NCBI GenBank assembly: GCA_030648265.1
Contig: JAUSHX010000013.1
Coordinates: forward strand, 3,030 to 67,029
Origin: a bacterium
Lineage (GTDB): Bacteria; Patescibacteriota; Minisyncoccia; Phycocordibacterales; UBA2100
Direction: 5' to 3'
DNA length: 64,000 nucleotides
Part shown: one piece after another, positions 1 to 10,378 of the stretch
Numbering within the stretch: position 1 is the first letter of the stretch
Layout: the number at the start of each line of letters is the position of its first letter
Position numbers and translations under genes: made by a program
Notes under the pieces: model-generated
What the model was told of the DNA's origin: nothing
The model's database searches: none
Seen by the model: only the letters and a program-made list of their open reading frames with translations

Positions 1-562
1 ATCTCACGATTTCTATCTTCTCGCCGAATTTTTGTATGGCCGAATCTATAAGTCCGCGAATAGTTATTGTCGGGTCCTTCACGTACGGCTGTTCCAAAAG
101 AATACGCTCTTTGAGGTAGCTTTCAATCTTGCCTTCCACGGCACGCGTGCGCACCGCCTCCGGAAGGTTCGCTGCCTCTTTCTCAAATACCTCAATCGCC
201 GCCCGCTTGTCCTCTTCCCGCACATCCGCGCGCGATTTGAATTGCGGATTCATGGCCGCAACATGCATGGCGATTCCATACGCAAGTTTTCCGAACTCCT
301 CGTTCTTTGCCACGAAATCGGTTTCGCAGGCGAGAACGACCGCCCCCACGACACTACCGCCCGCGTGCGTGTAGGCGCTTGCCACACCCGCGCCGAGCGC
401 ACGGTCGGATTTCTTTGATGCAATAGAGGAGCTCTGCTTGCGGAGAATTATTTTTGCCTTTTCCACATCCCCATCGGCTTCCTGTAATGCCTTCTTGCAC
501 TGCATGACAGAAACCCCAGTTTCATCCCGCAACGACTTTATAAGTTCAGTGGTGATTTCCAT
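1..562 (-). CDS. tsf: Elongation factor Ts (3' end runs off the window)
   Basis: Not in the ORF track. Manual translation MEITTELIKSLRDETGVSVMQCKKALQEADGDVEKA...LACETDFVAKN has the ETDFV motif; lies downstream of rpsB. Confidence 0.95.
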   Translation of the reverse strand, partial: MEITTELIKSLRDETGVSVMQCKKALQEADGDVEKAKIILRKQSSSIASKKSDRALGAGVASAYTHAGGSVVGAVVLACETDFVAKNEEFGKLAYGIAMHVAAMNPQFKSRADVREEDKRAAIEVFEKEAANLPEAVRTRAVEGKIESYLKERILLEQPYVKDPTITIRGLIDSAIQKFGEKIEIVR

Positions 563-570
563 AAATCGCG

Positions 571-666
571 CCAATCTACAAATTTATCCCAATCTACAAA
601 TGGCTACGAATTTGACGTGCGTTATTTGCGGATATTTGTAGTATTCGTATCATTCGCAGATTGGGA
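571..666. repeat. Family B inverted-repeat element (ccaatctac(a/g)aat ... att(t/c)gtag...gattggga), copy 1
   Basis: Similar to 18282-18379, 52379-52495 and 52703-52802; overlaps the rpsB C-terminus. Confidence 0.8.
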
Positions 667-1473
667 CTTTGTTTTTCCCTTCTCAAACGCTTCTGCAATT
701 GTCTCCGCGACAAGGCGAATACTCCGCACCGAGGTATCGTTCGCGGGCACCGGATACTGCACCATTGAAAAGTCGCAGTCCGAGCTGGAAAGGCCGATGA
801 CGGGAATGCCGAGCTGATTCGCTTCGCGCACCGCGGTTTCCTCGCGCTTCGTATCAACAATGAAAAGCGCCGAGGGAAGGTCAAGCATTTTCACTAGGCC
901 GCCGAATCGCGCGAGAAGCTCGGTGATTTCGCGGTCAATGAGAAGCCGTTCCTTTTTTGTGTATTTCTCAAGTTCCCCGCTGTCGCGCTCGCTCATCAAT
1001 TTCTCCAGACGGTCAATGCGCTTGCGGATATTCTTGAAGTTCGTGAGCGTACCACCTATCCAGCGTCCGGCGACATACGGCGCTCCGATTCTCTCGGCAA
1101 CTTCTTTGACGATATCAACGGCCTCGTTCTTTCCGCCGACAAAGAGAAGCTGCCCTGCTCTCCCGATTGCCTTCTCGCCTGTCTGCGCGCTCCGCTCGCC
1201 TGTGTGCAACGCGCGGGCAGTTACAGGCAGGCCTGACCGTGCTCCACGTGCAGGCGCGCCGGCGACAACCGCAGGACTCCCCGCAATCGAGCTCGCAAAT
1301 GCGCATGCCGCTTCAAGCCGTCTCTGCGTTTCCTCAAGGTCAAAGATGTCGTTTCGGTCTTTCGTGCCGAAAATAAACGGCGAAGCCGTCGGATGGCGGC
1401 GCGTGCGGGAGTACCCGAAATGCGCACCTGCCTCAAATAGCGTTTTAATGTCTTGTGTTACTGCCGTCATCAT
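622..1473 (-). CDS. rpsB: 30S ribosomal protein S2 with an in-frame insertion of about 40 aa
   Basis: LFEAGAHFG, RWIGGTLTNF and PANDTSVRSI motifs. Confidence 0.97.
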   Translation of the reverse strand: MMTAVTQDIKTLFEAGAHFGYSRTRRHPTASPFIFGTKDRNDIFDLEETQRRLEAACAFASSIAGSPAVVAGAPARGARSGLPVTARALHTGERSAQTGEKAIGRAGQLLFVGGKNEAVDIVKEVAERIGAPYVAGRWIGGTLTNFKNIRKRIDRLEKLMSERDSGELEKYTKKERLLIDREITELLARFGGLVKMLDLPSALFIVDTKREETAVREANQLGIPVIGLSSSDCDFSMVQYPVPANDTSVRSIRLVAETIAEAFEKGKTKSQSANDTNTTNIRK

Positions 1474-1570
1474 GTGGCGTGCACTTTAACACGGCATATA
1501 GGCAATAGGCAATAGGCGGACTGTATCAGAATGGCCTGCTGCAGTCGGAAAATTGTGATACAATCTCGCC

Positions 1571-2191
1571 ATGAACGAAAAAGAGAGCCACCACAGGAAA
1601 GAACGTACCCTCGTTATCATCAAGCCGGATGGCATCCAGCGGGCTCTCATTGGCGAGATAGTGCTGCGCTACGAACGGCTCGGCCTCAAATTGGTCGGCC
1701 TCAAGATGGTCGTTCCAACGGTTGAACAGATAGAGGGGCACTACACGCTTGACCCGAATTGGATGCGCGTGACTGGCGAGAAGACAATTAAGAGCTATCA
1801 CGACAAGGGTTTGACGCCTCCATCCGAAGACCCGCTCGCCATTACGGCGGTCATTCTCAAAAATCTTAAGAAGTACATGACAGCCGGGCCAGTGATAGTA
1901 ATGGCATGGGAGGGCGCGCATGCGGTAGAGCTCGTCCGCAAAGTGACGGGCGGAACGGAGCCGCGGTCGGCACAAGTCGGAACCATCCGCGGAGACTTCG
2001 TGGTGGATTCGTACATCATGTCCGACCAAGACGACAGAGCTGTCCGCAATTTAATTCACGCATCCGGTTCGGTTCCTGAAGCGGAAATGGAAATCCCCCA
2101 CTGGTTTCGCGCAAAAGAACTGGTAGAGTATAAGGTATCGCATGAGGACATCCTCTATGCGAAAGAATTACAAGGTATTTTAAACCAATAA
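1571..2191 (+). CDS. ndk: Nucleoside-diphosphate kinase
   Basis: ERTLVIIKPDG, GTIRGDF and NLIHASGS (catalytic His). Confidence 0.97.
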   Translation: MNEKESHHRKERTLVIIKPDGIQRALIGEIVLRYERLGLKLVGLKMVVPTVEQIEGHYTLDPNWMRVTGEKTIKSYHDKGLTPPSEDPLAITAVILKNLKKYMTAGPVIVMAWEGAHAVELVRKVTGGTEPRSAQVGTIRGDFVVDSYIMSDQDDRAVRNLIHASGSVPEAEMEIPHWFRAKELVEYKVSHEDILYAKELQGILNQ

Positions 2192-2382
2192 TGCGTATGG
2201 GAGGATTAGAACAACAGGGGCCTCAAAAGAGAAATCTAGATAGGGTATTTAAAGCAGGCGAAAGTGACAACCAATGGATGACTGACCCGGAGACCGGACA
2301 AGTAATGTCCGAAAAAGACTGGGAAGCAAGAAGAAAAGAACGGCTTGAAGACCAAACGCATCGCCGCGACGAACTCCATTAG
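2191..2382 (+). CDS. Small hypothetical protein
   Basis: 63-aa ORF overlapping the ndk stop (TAATG coupling). Confidence 0.55.
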   Translation: MRMGGLEQQGPQKRNLDRVFKAGESDNQWMTDPETGQVMSEKDWEARRKERLEDQTHRRDELH

Positions 2383-2392
2383 TTTTCCACAC

Positions 2393-2419
2393 TTGCATGT
2401 TCGGTGGCAGTGGTATACT
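2393..2419 (+). promoter_or_regulatory. Sigma70-type promoter (TTGCAT ... TGgTATACT extended -10)
   Basis: TGn-TATACT at 2411-2419, just upstream of the candidate ncRNA. Confidence 0.6.
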
Positions 2420-2424
2420 GAACG

Positions 2425-2541
2425 CAGCGACAGGTATAACACCTGCTGGTACAACTTAGGGAGCTCGAATCGCTTTAGACTCCGGTCTGAATGCTGAGAG
2501 CACCCACCTGGTAAAACCCAGGCTTGCCGTGCCTGCCGCGC
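2425..2541 (+). ncRNA. ssrS: Candidate short 6S RNA
   Basis: GGGAGC and GAGAGCACCCACCTG resemble Firmicutes-type 6S conserved elements; 5' gcagcgacagg can pair with 3' cctgccgcgc; has its own promoter and terminator. Confidence 0.55.
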
Positions 2542-2545
2542 ATAG

Positions 2546-2576
2546 AAACTCCGCATCCGCGGGGTTTTTGTGTTTT
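2546..2576 (+). terminator. Intrinsic terminator
   Basis: aaactccgc-atcc-gcggggttt followed by a T-rich tract. Confidence 0.75.
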
Positions 2577-2648
2577 GGAGCGTTCGAAATCGGTGCCCGG
2601 TAGCACCTATCGCAACAGAGGCCAAGTCTGATATATTGGTTACTTAAC

Positions 2649-4055
2649 GTGAGTATGGTTAATGCAAAGAAAACTCTGTACGAAAAGATATGGGACGCTC
2701 ACGTGGTGCGAGAGGCTAAAGGCGAGCCCACTATATTGTATATAGACCTGCACCTGATACACGAGGTGACGACTCCGCAGGCATTCACCGGGTTGCACAA
2801 TCGGAAGTTGCCTGTCCGCCGCACTGACTTAACCATCGCGACCATGGACCATTCGGTTCCATCAATTAACCGAAAGAAACTGCCGTGGCCGGATGCGCTG
2901 GCGCAGAAGCAAGTGGGGATGCTCGCGGATAATTGCAAGAAATATGGTATCACGCTCTACGATTTGGACAGCAAACATCAGGGCATCGTGCACGTTATCG
3001 GGCCGGAGCTCGGCCTCACGCAGCCGGGAAAAACTGTCGTCTGCGGAGACAGCCACACTTCCACTCACGGCGCATTTGGCGCGCTCGCCTTCGGCATCGG
3101 CACATCGGAAGTGGAACACGTCCTCGCCACGCAGTGCCTCCTGCAGAACAAAACGAAAACGATGGCGATAATCATTAATGGCACGCTCCAGCCCGGCGTC
3201 TATTCCAAAGACATCATTCTGCGCATCATTCACGAGCTCGGGATTGCTGGCGGAATCGGCTACACGTTTGAGTACCGAGGTAGCGCCATACGCGCGCTCT
3301 CTATGGAAGCGCGCATGACCATCTGCAACATGAGCATTGAGGCCGGGGCGCGTGCGGGAATCATTGCGCCCGACCAAACGACAGTTGACTATCTGGAGAA
3401 GCGGGTGAAGTTCAAAAATGATTCCGAAAAAAAGAAGGCTATCGCTAGGTGGCTTTCGTGGCAAACCGACAAGGGAGCAAAGTTTGATAAAGAAATCGTC
3501 ATGGATGCGGCAACGATTGAGCCGATGGTCACATGGGGTACGAACCCCGGAATGTCCGTGGGCATCACCAAGAAAATACCTGATGGTGGCGGCGAAGATA
3601 TCAAGCAAGCTTTGGAATACATGGGGCTCCAAGGAGGGCAAAAGATGCGCGGCCAAAAAATAGACTATGTGTTTATGGGCAGCTGCACGAATTCCCGCAT
3701 TGAAGATTTGCGCGTTGAGGCAAGCATTATTAAAGGCAAGAAGATTGCGCCCGGCGTTACCTGCTACGTCGTACCCGGTTCATACGAGGTAAAACACAAA
3801 GCCGAGGCCGAAGGATTGGACAAAATATTCTTGTCGGCCGGATGTGAGTGGCGCGAACCCGGGTGCAGTATGTGCATCGGCATGAACGGCGACCTCGTGC
3901 CTTCGGGCAAATACTGCGCCTCCACTTCAAACCGCAACTTCATGGGCAGGCAGGGCAAGGGCGCCCGCACGCTCCTCATGTCGCCTGCGATGGCCGCCGT
4001 TGCCGCGATTGAAGGCGCTGTCGGAGACGCGCGAGAATATTTAGAAGATGTATGA
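2649..4055 (+). CDS. leuC: 3-isopropylmalate dehydratase large subunit
   Basis: [29 protein letters not shown] and STSNRNF motifs. Confidence 0.98.
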   Translation: MSMVNAKKTLYEKIWDAHVVREAKGEPTILYIDLHLIHEVTTPQAFTGLHNRKLPVRRTDLTIATMDHSVPSINRKKLPWPDALAQKQVGMLADNCKKYGITLYDLDSKHQGIVHVIGPELGLTQPGKTVVCGDSHTSTHGAFGALAFGIGTSEVEHVLATQCLLQNKTKTMAIIINGTLQPGVYSKDIILRIIHELGIAGGIGYTFEYRGSAIRALSMEARMTICNMSIEAGARAGIIAPDQTTVDYLEKRVKFKNDSEKKKAIARWLSWQTDKGAKFDKEIVMDAATIEPMVTWGTNPGMSVGITKKIPDGGGEDIKQALEYMGLQGGQKMRGQKIDYVFMGSCTNSRIEDLRVEASIIKGKKIAPGVTCYVVPGSYEVKHKAEAEGLDKIFLSAGCEWREPGCSMCIGMNGDLVPSGKYCASTSNRNFMGRQGKGARTLLMSPAMAAVAAIEGAVGDAREYLEDV

Positions 4056-4154
4056 GCGAAGCGAATTACATATTCTTAACCCAGCACCTTTCGCGAAAGG
4101 TGCTGGGCGCAAGTTGTTTCTAAACTCGGTTACTCGTTAAGAAAAACTAATATG
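4041..4154 (+). repeat. Family A three-hairpin element #1 (loop tcgcga), ending in the leuD ATG
   Basis: gagcgaagcga...cccagcacctt-tcgcga-aaggtgctggg...aaaactaatATG. Confidence 0.9.
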
Positions 4155-4745
4155 CGAACCTCACAATTCAAAGACTTAACCGCAACGCTCGCGCCATTAC
4201 TACGGGATAACGTGGACACTGACCAAATTATTCCCGCGCGTTACCTGACTGCCACCAATAAAAAAGGATTCGGCAAGCGGCTGTTCATGGATTTGCGCTA
4301 TGAGGAAGACGGAAAAACGCCGAGGCCGGATTTCGTCCTGAACCAAAAGAAATTCAAGGGCGCGAAAATCCTGCTCGGCCACAAAAATTTCGGCTGCGGC
4401 TCTTCCCGCGAACACGCTCCGTGGGCGCTTTTGGGGGCCGGATTTAATGCTGTTATCGCAATTTCATTCGCCGATATCTTCAGGAACAATTCGGCAAAAA
4501 ATGGACTGCTTCTAATTGAACTTCCGAGAAAAATAATAGACATGATGCACACCGAGGTTGTTGAGAATCCGAAAGAGAAAGCCGCTATCAACCTGAAGAA
4601 CCAAACAATAACGTGGAAAAAACAGGCTCATTCGTTCCCAATTAATCCATTCGTTAAGAGGTGCCTCATGGAAGGATTGGATGATATCGGCTACACTCTA
4701 AGCTTCGCAGACCAAATCAAGGCATACGAGCAAAAAACTAGATGA
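4152..4745 (+). CDS. leuD: 3-isopropylmalate dehydratase small subunit
   Basis: NVDTDQIIP, NFGCGSSREHA and GLDDIG motifs. Confidence 0.98.
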   Translation: MRTSQFKDLTATLAPLLRDNVDTDQIIPARYLTATNKKGFGKRLFMDLRYEEDGKTPRPDFVLNQKKFKGAKILLGHKNFGCGSSREHAPWALLGAGFNAVIAISFADIFRNNSAKNGLLLIELPRKIIDMMHTEVVENPKEKAAINLKNQTITWKKQAHSFPINPFVKRCLMEGLDDIGYTLSFADQIKAYEQKTR

Positions 4746-6496
4746 AAGATTCAAAGAAAAAATACCGCCCGTTCACTCCCGTAGATTTGAAGGACAGAAC
4801 GTGGCCGAATAAGACCATCACTCAAGCCCCCCGCTGGTGCTCGGTGGATTTGCGCGACGGCAATCAGGCGCTCGTCACGCCGATGAACCTTGAGCAGAAA
4901 TTGAACATGTTCAAACTGCTGGTGGACATCGGGTTCAAGGAAATTGAGGTCGGCTTCCCTTCCGCCTCGCAGGTTGAATTTGATTTTGTCCGCATACTTA
5001 TTGAACGCAAACTTATACCCCTAGATGTGACCGTCCAAGTGCTGACGCAAGCGCGCGAACACTTGATAGAAACCACGTGTCGTTCTCTTGTCGGCGCCAA
5101 GCGCGCGCTCATACACATGTACAATTCCACCTCGGAACTCCAGCGCCGCGTCGTATTCCGCATGGGCAAACCGGAAATTAAAGAGATGGCCGTCAAAGGC
5201 ACCGCATGGGTGCGGCAGTATAGCGAGAAATATCTGTCCTCCAAAGGAGGATCCGCCTCGGGCGGAAAAGCTACCGAGGTTCTGTACGAATACAGTCCCG
5301 AGAGTTTTATGGGCACCGAACTGGATTATGCCGTAGAGGTCTGCGATGCGGTCATTGAGGAATGGAAGCCGCGCGCGGGAGAGAAAGTCATCATCAATTT
5401 GCCCAACACGGTGGAAATGTCCACGCCCAACATTTACGCCGACCAGATAGAGTGGTTCTGCCGTCACTTCAAGTCGCGGGATAAGGCTATCATCAGTCTC
5501 CATGTGCACAACGACCGCGGATGCGCTGTCGCCGCGACGGAGCTCGGCATGATGGCGGGCGCAGAGCGCGTGGAGGGCACGCTCTTCGGCAACGGCGAGC
5601 GTACCGGCAACGTGGACATCATCACGCTCGCGCTCAACCTCCACACACAGGGCATTGACCCGCAACTGGATTTAAGCGATTTGGACCGTTGCATTGAGGT
5701 CTATCAATCCTGCACCGACCTTCCCGTGCATCCGCGCCACCCATACGCGGGAGAACTGGTCTTCACCGCATTTTCCGGCTCTCATCAGGACGCGATAGAC
5801 AAAGGGTTTCAGGCGATGAAGGATTCTGGGAAACCGCTGTGGGAAGTTCCCTACATTCCGATGGACCCGAAAGATGTCGGCCACACCTATGAGGCGGTAA
5901 TCCGCATCAACAGCCAGTCCGGCAAAGGCGGCGTCGCGCACATCCTGCGCAACGAGTTCGGATACAACACGCCGAAAGCGATGCACCCCGAATTGGGGAA
6001 AATGATTCAGCGCATTTCCGATGCGACCGGCAAAGAGGTGCTTCCCGGGGCAATACAAAAGGCGTTTGAAGACGAGTACCTGAATCGCTCAAGTCCAATC
6101 TCACTCCGGAGTTTCAAGATAAAAGACGAGAGTAGCGGGAAAGGCGATGTCACGACCCTCTCGGCGGTCATAAAAATGAATGGGAAGAAGCGTACGGTCA
6201 CAAGCACCGGCAACGGCCCGATTGACGCCTTCAGTAAAGCGCTGAAGCGTGCGGGCGCGGGACACTACAGTTTCCTCTCGTACGAGGAACACGCGCTTGG
6301 CAAAGGCGAGGACGCCCGCGCGGTCGCCTACATTCAGATTGCCGATGAAAAGGGCAACTCGTTTTTCGGTATCGGCACTGACTTCAATATCGTCGGCGCA
6401 TCTCTGCGCGCGCTCTTGAGCGCCTTGAATCGCTCGGAGCAATCTGCACAAAAAGTTAAGAGAGCCTCTCCGGCACGCGCCAAGAAGCGCCAATAA
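4742..6496 (+). CDS. leuA: 2-isopropylmalate synthase (yeast/actinobacterial LeuA type)
   Basis: SVDLRDGNQAL, HVHNDRG, GNGERTGN and RINSQSGKGG motifs. Confidence 0.97.
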   Translation: MKDSKKKYRPFTPVDLKDRTWPNKTITQAPRWCSVDLRDGNQALVTPMNLEQKLNMFKLLVDIGFKEIEVGFPSASQVEFDFVRILIERKLIPLDVTVQVLTQAREHLIETTCRSLVGAKRALIHMYNSTSELQRRVVFRMGKPEIKEMAVKGTAWVRQYSEKYLSSKGGSASGGKATEVLYEYSPESFMGTELDYAVEVCDAVIEEWKPRAGEKVIINLPNTVEMSTPNIYADQIEWFCRHFKSRDKAIISLHVHNDRGCAVAATELGMMAGAERVEGTLFGNGERTGNVDIITLALNLHTQGIDPQLDLSDLDRCIEVYQSCTDLPVHPRHPYAGELVFTAFSGSHQDAIDKGFQAMKDSGKPLWEVPYIPMDPKDVGHTYEAVIRINSQSGKGGVAHILRNEFGYNTPKAMHPELGKMIQRISDATGKEVLPGAIQKAFEDEYLNRSSPISLRSFKIKDESSGKGDVTTLSAVIKMNGKKRTVTSTGNGPIDAFSKALKRAGAGHYSFLSYEEHALGKGEDARAVAYIQIADEKGNSFFGIGTDFNIVGASLRALLSALNRSEQSAQKVKRASPARAKKRQ

Positions 6497-6498
6497 TT

Positions 6499-7605
6499 AT
6501 GCGCGGAACGATCGCAGTCCTCGCTGGAGACGGCATCGGTCCGGAAATAATGGCTTCGGCTGTTCGCATTCTGGATGCGGTTAACGCGAAATTCGGCCAC
6601 ACATTTGAAACGAAGGAAGGTGTAACGGGCGGCGTCGCATACGATAAATTCGGCGTGCACCTGCCGGCAGAAACGGTTGAGATGTGCAAAAAGGCGGACG
6701 CGATTTTGTTCGGCGCCGTCGGTGGCCCCGTGTCCGATCAGGAATCCACGCGCTGGAAAGACGCCGAAAAGAACGTCATCCTCGGTTTGCGGGAGAAATT
6801 CAATTTGTTTGCCAACCTGCGCCCGCTCAAAGTGTGGCAAGGAACGGAATCCTTTAGCCCGCTTAAGCCGGACTTAATCGCAGGGATGGACGTGCTCATC
6901 GTGCGCGAGCTCATCGCGGGCATCTACTTCGGTCCCATGCGCCGGTACGAGGTTGACGGGGAAATAACCGCGGAGGAAACCAGCCGCTACACATGGAAAG
7001 AAATTGCGAGCGTCGTCCGCATCGCGTTCGTGGCCGCGCAAAAGCGCAGAAAAAAACTGACCATTGTGGATAAGGCGAATGTTCTTGAGACGTCGCGCCT
7101 GTGGCGTGATGTCACGCGCTTTATTCACGCAGAATTCCCCGACATTGCAATGGATTTTATGTTCGTGGACAACGCGGCCCAACAGCTCGTGCGCTCCCCC
7201 GCTTCGTTTGATGTCATCGCGACCGACAACATGTTCGGCGACATCTTGAGCGACCTCGGCGGCGCCGTCGTGGGCTCTCTCGGGCTCGTGCCCTCCGCGA
7301 GCATCTCCGCCAAAGTCGGATCCGCCTCCGGCGGAAACGCTCGAAGATTCGGCCTCTACGAGCCCGCGCACGGCTCCGCCCCCGACATCGCGGGCAAAAA
7401 TATTGCGAACCCGACCGCGCAAATCCTCTCACTCGCCATGCTCTTGCGCTACACATACGATTTAGACAAGGAAGCACAGGCGATTGAGGAAGCGGTTCTT
7501 TCGGCGTGGAAGGCGGGAAAGAAAACAAAAGACCTAGCGGCGAAGGGTGAAGAGATCCTTTCTACGGATGATTTCACATCTTGCGTGATAGAACAGTTAC
7601 AGTAA
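6499..7605 (+). CDS. leuB: 3-isopropylmalate dehydrogenase
   Basis: GDGIGPEI, DKANVL, NMFGDILSD and EPAHGSAPDIAGK motifs. Confidence 0.98.
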   Translation: MRGTIAVLAGDGIGPEIMASAVRILDAVNAKFGHTFETKEGVTGGVAYDKFGVHLPAETVEMCKKADAILFGAVGGPVSDQESTRWKDAEKNVILGLREKFNLFANLRPLKVWQGTESFSPLKPDLIAGMDVLIVRELIAGIYFGPMRRYEVDGEITAEETSRYTWKEIASVVRIAFVAAQKRRKKLTIVDKANVLETSRLWRDVTRFIHAEFPDIAMDFMFVDNAAQQLVRSPASFDVIATDNMFGDILSDLGGAVVGSLGLVPSASISAKVGSASGGNARRFGLYEPAHGSAPDIAGKNIANPTAQILSLAMLLRYTYDLDKEAQAIEEAVLSAWKAGKKTKDLAAKGEEILSTDDFTSCVIEQLQ

Positions 7606-7614
7606 GATGCGGGA

Positions 7615-8586
7615 ATGCAAGCAACAAAATACATTTGGTTCAACGGAAAGCTGGTTCCCTGGGCGAGCGCGAAAATTCACGTGCTTTCGCACTCTCTCCA
7701 CTACGGTACCGGCGCCTTTGAGGGCATCCGCATGTACGAGACCGAGAAGGGCTCGTCTACAGATGCCGACCATCAACCGGTCGGCCCTGCCATCTTCCAC
7801 CTGAAGCGACACATGGAGCGTCTTATATTCTCGGCGAAAAGCCTCGGGATGAAATTGCCATACACGCTGGACGAGCTCATGCAGGCGGTCGTGGAAACGG
7901 TGCGCAAAAACAAACTCAAGTCGTGCTATATCCGCCCGATTGCTTTCTTCGGTTTCGGCGAAGTGCGCGTGCTTCCCACCAACTGCCCCGTAGAGGTGGT
8001 AATCGCCGCGTGGCCGTGGGGCGCATATTTGGGCGACGAGCCCGCCCGCATCACCGTGGTAAAAACATTGCGCATCCATCCGCAGACTCTTAGAGTGAAT
8101 GCGAAAGTCTCCGGTCACTACGTGAATTCAATGCTCGCCGGCCGCGAGGCCACCGACCGCGGATTTACCGAGGCACTTCAATTGGACTATGAGGGCAACA
8201 TCGCCGAAGGGCCGGGAGAAAATTTCTTTATCGTCAAAGGCAAAACCATTTCCACGCCGAAGCTCGGTTCAATCTTGCCGGGCATTACGCGCGAATCCGT
8301 TATGACGCTCGCGCGCGACCTCGGCTACAAAGTGGTGGAGCGCACATTGACCATCAAAGATGCGCTTTCCGCCGATGAATGCTTCTTCACCGGCACCGCA
8401 GCGGAAGTGACGGCCATCGCCTCCATAGACAACAAGAAAATGAAGAAAGCGAATGGCTCGTCTACAGATGCCGATGCCTACTCCATCGGCCCAGTGACCA
8501 AACAAATCCGCGAAGAGTTCCTGAAAATCACCAGAGGAGAAAATCCGAGGTACAAAAAGTGGCTGACGTTCGTGAACGGATACTAG
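7615..8586 (+). CDS. ilvE: Branched-chain amino acid aminotransferase
   Basis: LHYGTGAFEGIR, EGPGENFF, ILPGITR and FFTGTAAEV motifs. Confidence 0.97.
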   Translation: MQATKYIWFNGKLVPWASAKIHVLSHSLHYGTGAFEGIRMYETEKGSSTDADHQPVGPAIFHLKRHMERLIFSAKSLGMKLPYTLDELMQAVVETVRKNKLKSCYIRPIAFFGFGEVRVLPTNCPVEVVIAAWPWGAYLGDEPARITVVKTLRIHPQTLRVNAKVSGHYVNSMLAGREATDRGFTEALQLDYEGNIAEGPGENFFIVKGKTISTPKLGSILPGITRESVMTLARDLGYKVVERTLTIKDALSADECFFTGTAAEVTAIASIDNKKMKKANGSSTDADAYSIGPVTKQIREEFLKITRGENPRYKKWLTFVNGY

Positions 8587-8637
8587 AGCGCAAACGGCTC
8601 AATTACCGGTAATTGAGCCGTTTGCGCTCTTTTTTTT
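8585..8637 (+). terminator. Terminator of the leu-ilvE operon (long perfect palindrome plus T-tract)
   Basis: agagcgcaaacggctcaattacc|ggtaattgagccgtttgcgctct followed by a T run. Confidence 0.85.
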
Positions 8638-8666
8638 ATTGCAGTCTTTTGCAAAACACTAGCATA
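8637..8666. repeat. Family D palindrome (degenerate copy)
   Basis: tattgcagtcttttgcaaaacactagcata; compare 11566 and 28294. Confidence 0.65.
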
Positions 8667-8857
8667 GAAAAAGCCCAGCGTCGCAATCGCCGGGCCTTTC
8701 GAAATGGAACAAAAGTACAATTGGTTTGGCGGTCTTTGCCGCATTTCTCATCTCAGCGTCTGGGTCCGAGGGGTCAACCGTTCTTCCCCATGATGGTTGC
8801 CCCGCTTTCGGCAATCATTGCCTGCGCTTCGCGGTAGACCTTCGCAAGTCCGGCGAG

Positions 8858-9109
8858 CTATGTTTCAGCTTCCCTGATTTCTGCCTCAGCTTTTACCCGG
8901 CCGAGATGGTACGGTATATTGCTCGTTTCCGCGGAACTGAGCTGCTTGCCGTTGATTCTGTCCGCGTACCCGCGTTCGAACGACGCGACGGCCCTGTCTG
9001 CGGCCACATCGCCGACGTAATCGCGGATCCTTATAGGACATCCCACTTTATGCGACAGAGACGGCAATCCGTTGTCAATCCCACAACACTTGCACCATTG
9101 CGTGTTCAT
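8858..9109 (-). CDS. Small Cys-containing hypothetical protein
   Basis: 83-aa ORF with AAGGA upstream and a CKCC...H..GC motif. Confidence 0.5.
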   Translation of the reverse strand: MNTQWCKCCGIDNGLPSLSHKVGCPIRIRDYVGDVAADRAVASFERGYADRINGKQLSSAETSNIPYHLGRVKAEAEIREAET

Positions 9110-9262
9110 TAGACTTCCTTTCCTCTTGGAAAATTGAACCTCTGAAACAGTTTCTCTGCGTCGTGTATATCACGGGCTACAATGCGGGTCAATCCGCCTG
9201 CCAAAAGCTCGAAGCTAGTCCCTAGCAGCTAGAAGCCCTGCCTGCCTTCGGCAGGTGTCCCC

Positions 9263-10324
9263 TCACCTCCCCACCAGAGGCATTGGATGTTCAAGGTACG
9301 TGTAGACGGTGATGAGGGCAAGAAGCAGACTTATGCAGAGCGGCCCGAGAAAGATTCCGACCGGCCCGAAAAACACAATCCCGCCCAAGACGGACAGAAG
9401 CACGAGCAAGGGATGCATCCGCATGCCGCTGCCCACCAGTTTGGGCGCGAGGAAGTTGTCTATGAGCCCGACAGCGAGCGCCCCCCACACCAAGAGCCCG
9501 ATTGCCGGGACAATGCTTCCGGTAACAAACAGATAAATAATTCCGGGTATGAGCACGAGCGCCGTTCCAATCCCCGGTATGAGCGCCGCAACAACGGTAA
9601 CCGTTCCCCAGAGAATGCTGTTGGGGACGCCGAAAATAGCGAAGCCGATTGCCGTCAGCACTCCCTGCAGGCCCGCTATCATCAGACTTCCCTTCATCAC
9701 AGAATTAACAGCGAGCTCAAGCCGGTCAAACACAACTCTGTCATCTTTGTCGTTAAGCGGGCTTAGCGTTATCAGCGACTGTATTAATCTCGGCCCGTCC
9801 CGCAAGAGATAATAAAGAGAGATAAAGAAAATAAATAAGTTCAGCAAAAGCACGGAGATGCCCGATAGCGCCGCGCCCAAGTGGCCCGAAAGCCACACGA
9901 GTCCCTGCTTCACATACACATCAAGATTACTTGAAAGATGCGTGAAAAAATCACCGGTCCCCGGCACAATATTCTCGGATGTGTTCCCGATGCTTTGTAT
10001 CGCGTTAACGACAAGGTTCTGCGTGTTATCTCCCTGCGCAAGAGAGGCGTAGAGCTGCGTGGATTCGCGGAATATCTGCGTGCCCAACAATGCGAGCGGA
10101 ATGAGAATGCACACAAAACTGAACAGCAGGGTCGCACCGGCCGCCAATGCTTTCCTGTTGCCGGAGTTGCGAAGCAGGGTGCGGTACAGAGGCTGGAGCA
10201 CAACGGCACACACCGCCGCGAGAACAAGCGGGGTGAGAAACGGACTGATGATGAAAAACGACAAAACCAGCGCTCCCGCAAGAACTACCAAAAGAAACTG
10301 CAATTGTAACTTTGCGCTAGCCAT
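9263..10324 (-). CDS. AI-2E family (PerM/UPF0118) transporter
   Basis: Multiple TM segments; IDNFLAPKLVG and GPVGIFLGP motifs. Confidence 0.92.
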   Translation of the reverse strand: MASAKLQLQFLLVVLAGALVLSFFIISPFLTPLVLAAVCAVVLQPLYRTLLRNSGNRKALAAGATLLFSFVCILIPLALLGTQIFRESTQLYASLAQGDNTQNLVVNAIQSIGNTSENIVPGTGDFFTHLSSNLDVYVKQGLVWLSGHLGAALSGISVLLLNLFIFFISLYYLLRDGPRLIQSLITLSPLNDKDDRVVFDRLELAVNSVMKGSLMIAGLQGVLTAIGFAIFGVPNSILWGTVTVVAALIPGIGTALVLIPGIIYLFVTGSIVPAIGLLVWGALAVGLIDNFLAPKLVGSGMRMHPLLVLLSVLGGIVFFGPVGIFLGPLCISLLLALITVYTYLEHPMPLVGR

Positions 10325-10378
10325 GCCTGAATCATATCAGAAATAACGCCTGCCACTACAGCGGCAAACGATACAGCA

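Noticed and set aside
2400-2640. T-box or leader-peptide attenuator for leuC; tRNA; tmRNA
   Set aside because: No UGGNACC bulge, Leu-rich leader, cloverleaf or tmRNA ends; the motifs fit a stand-alone 6S-like RNA better.
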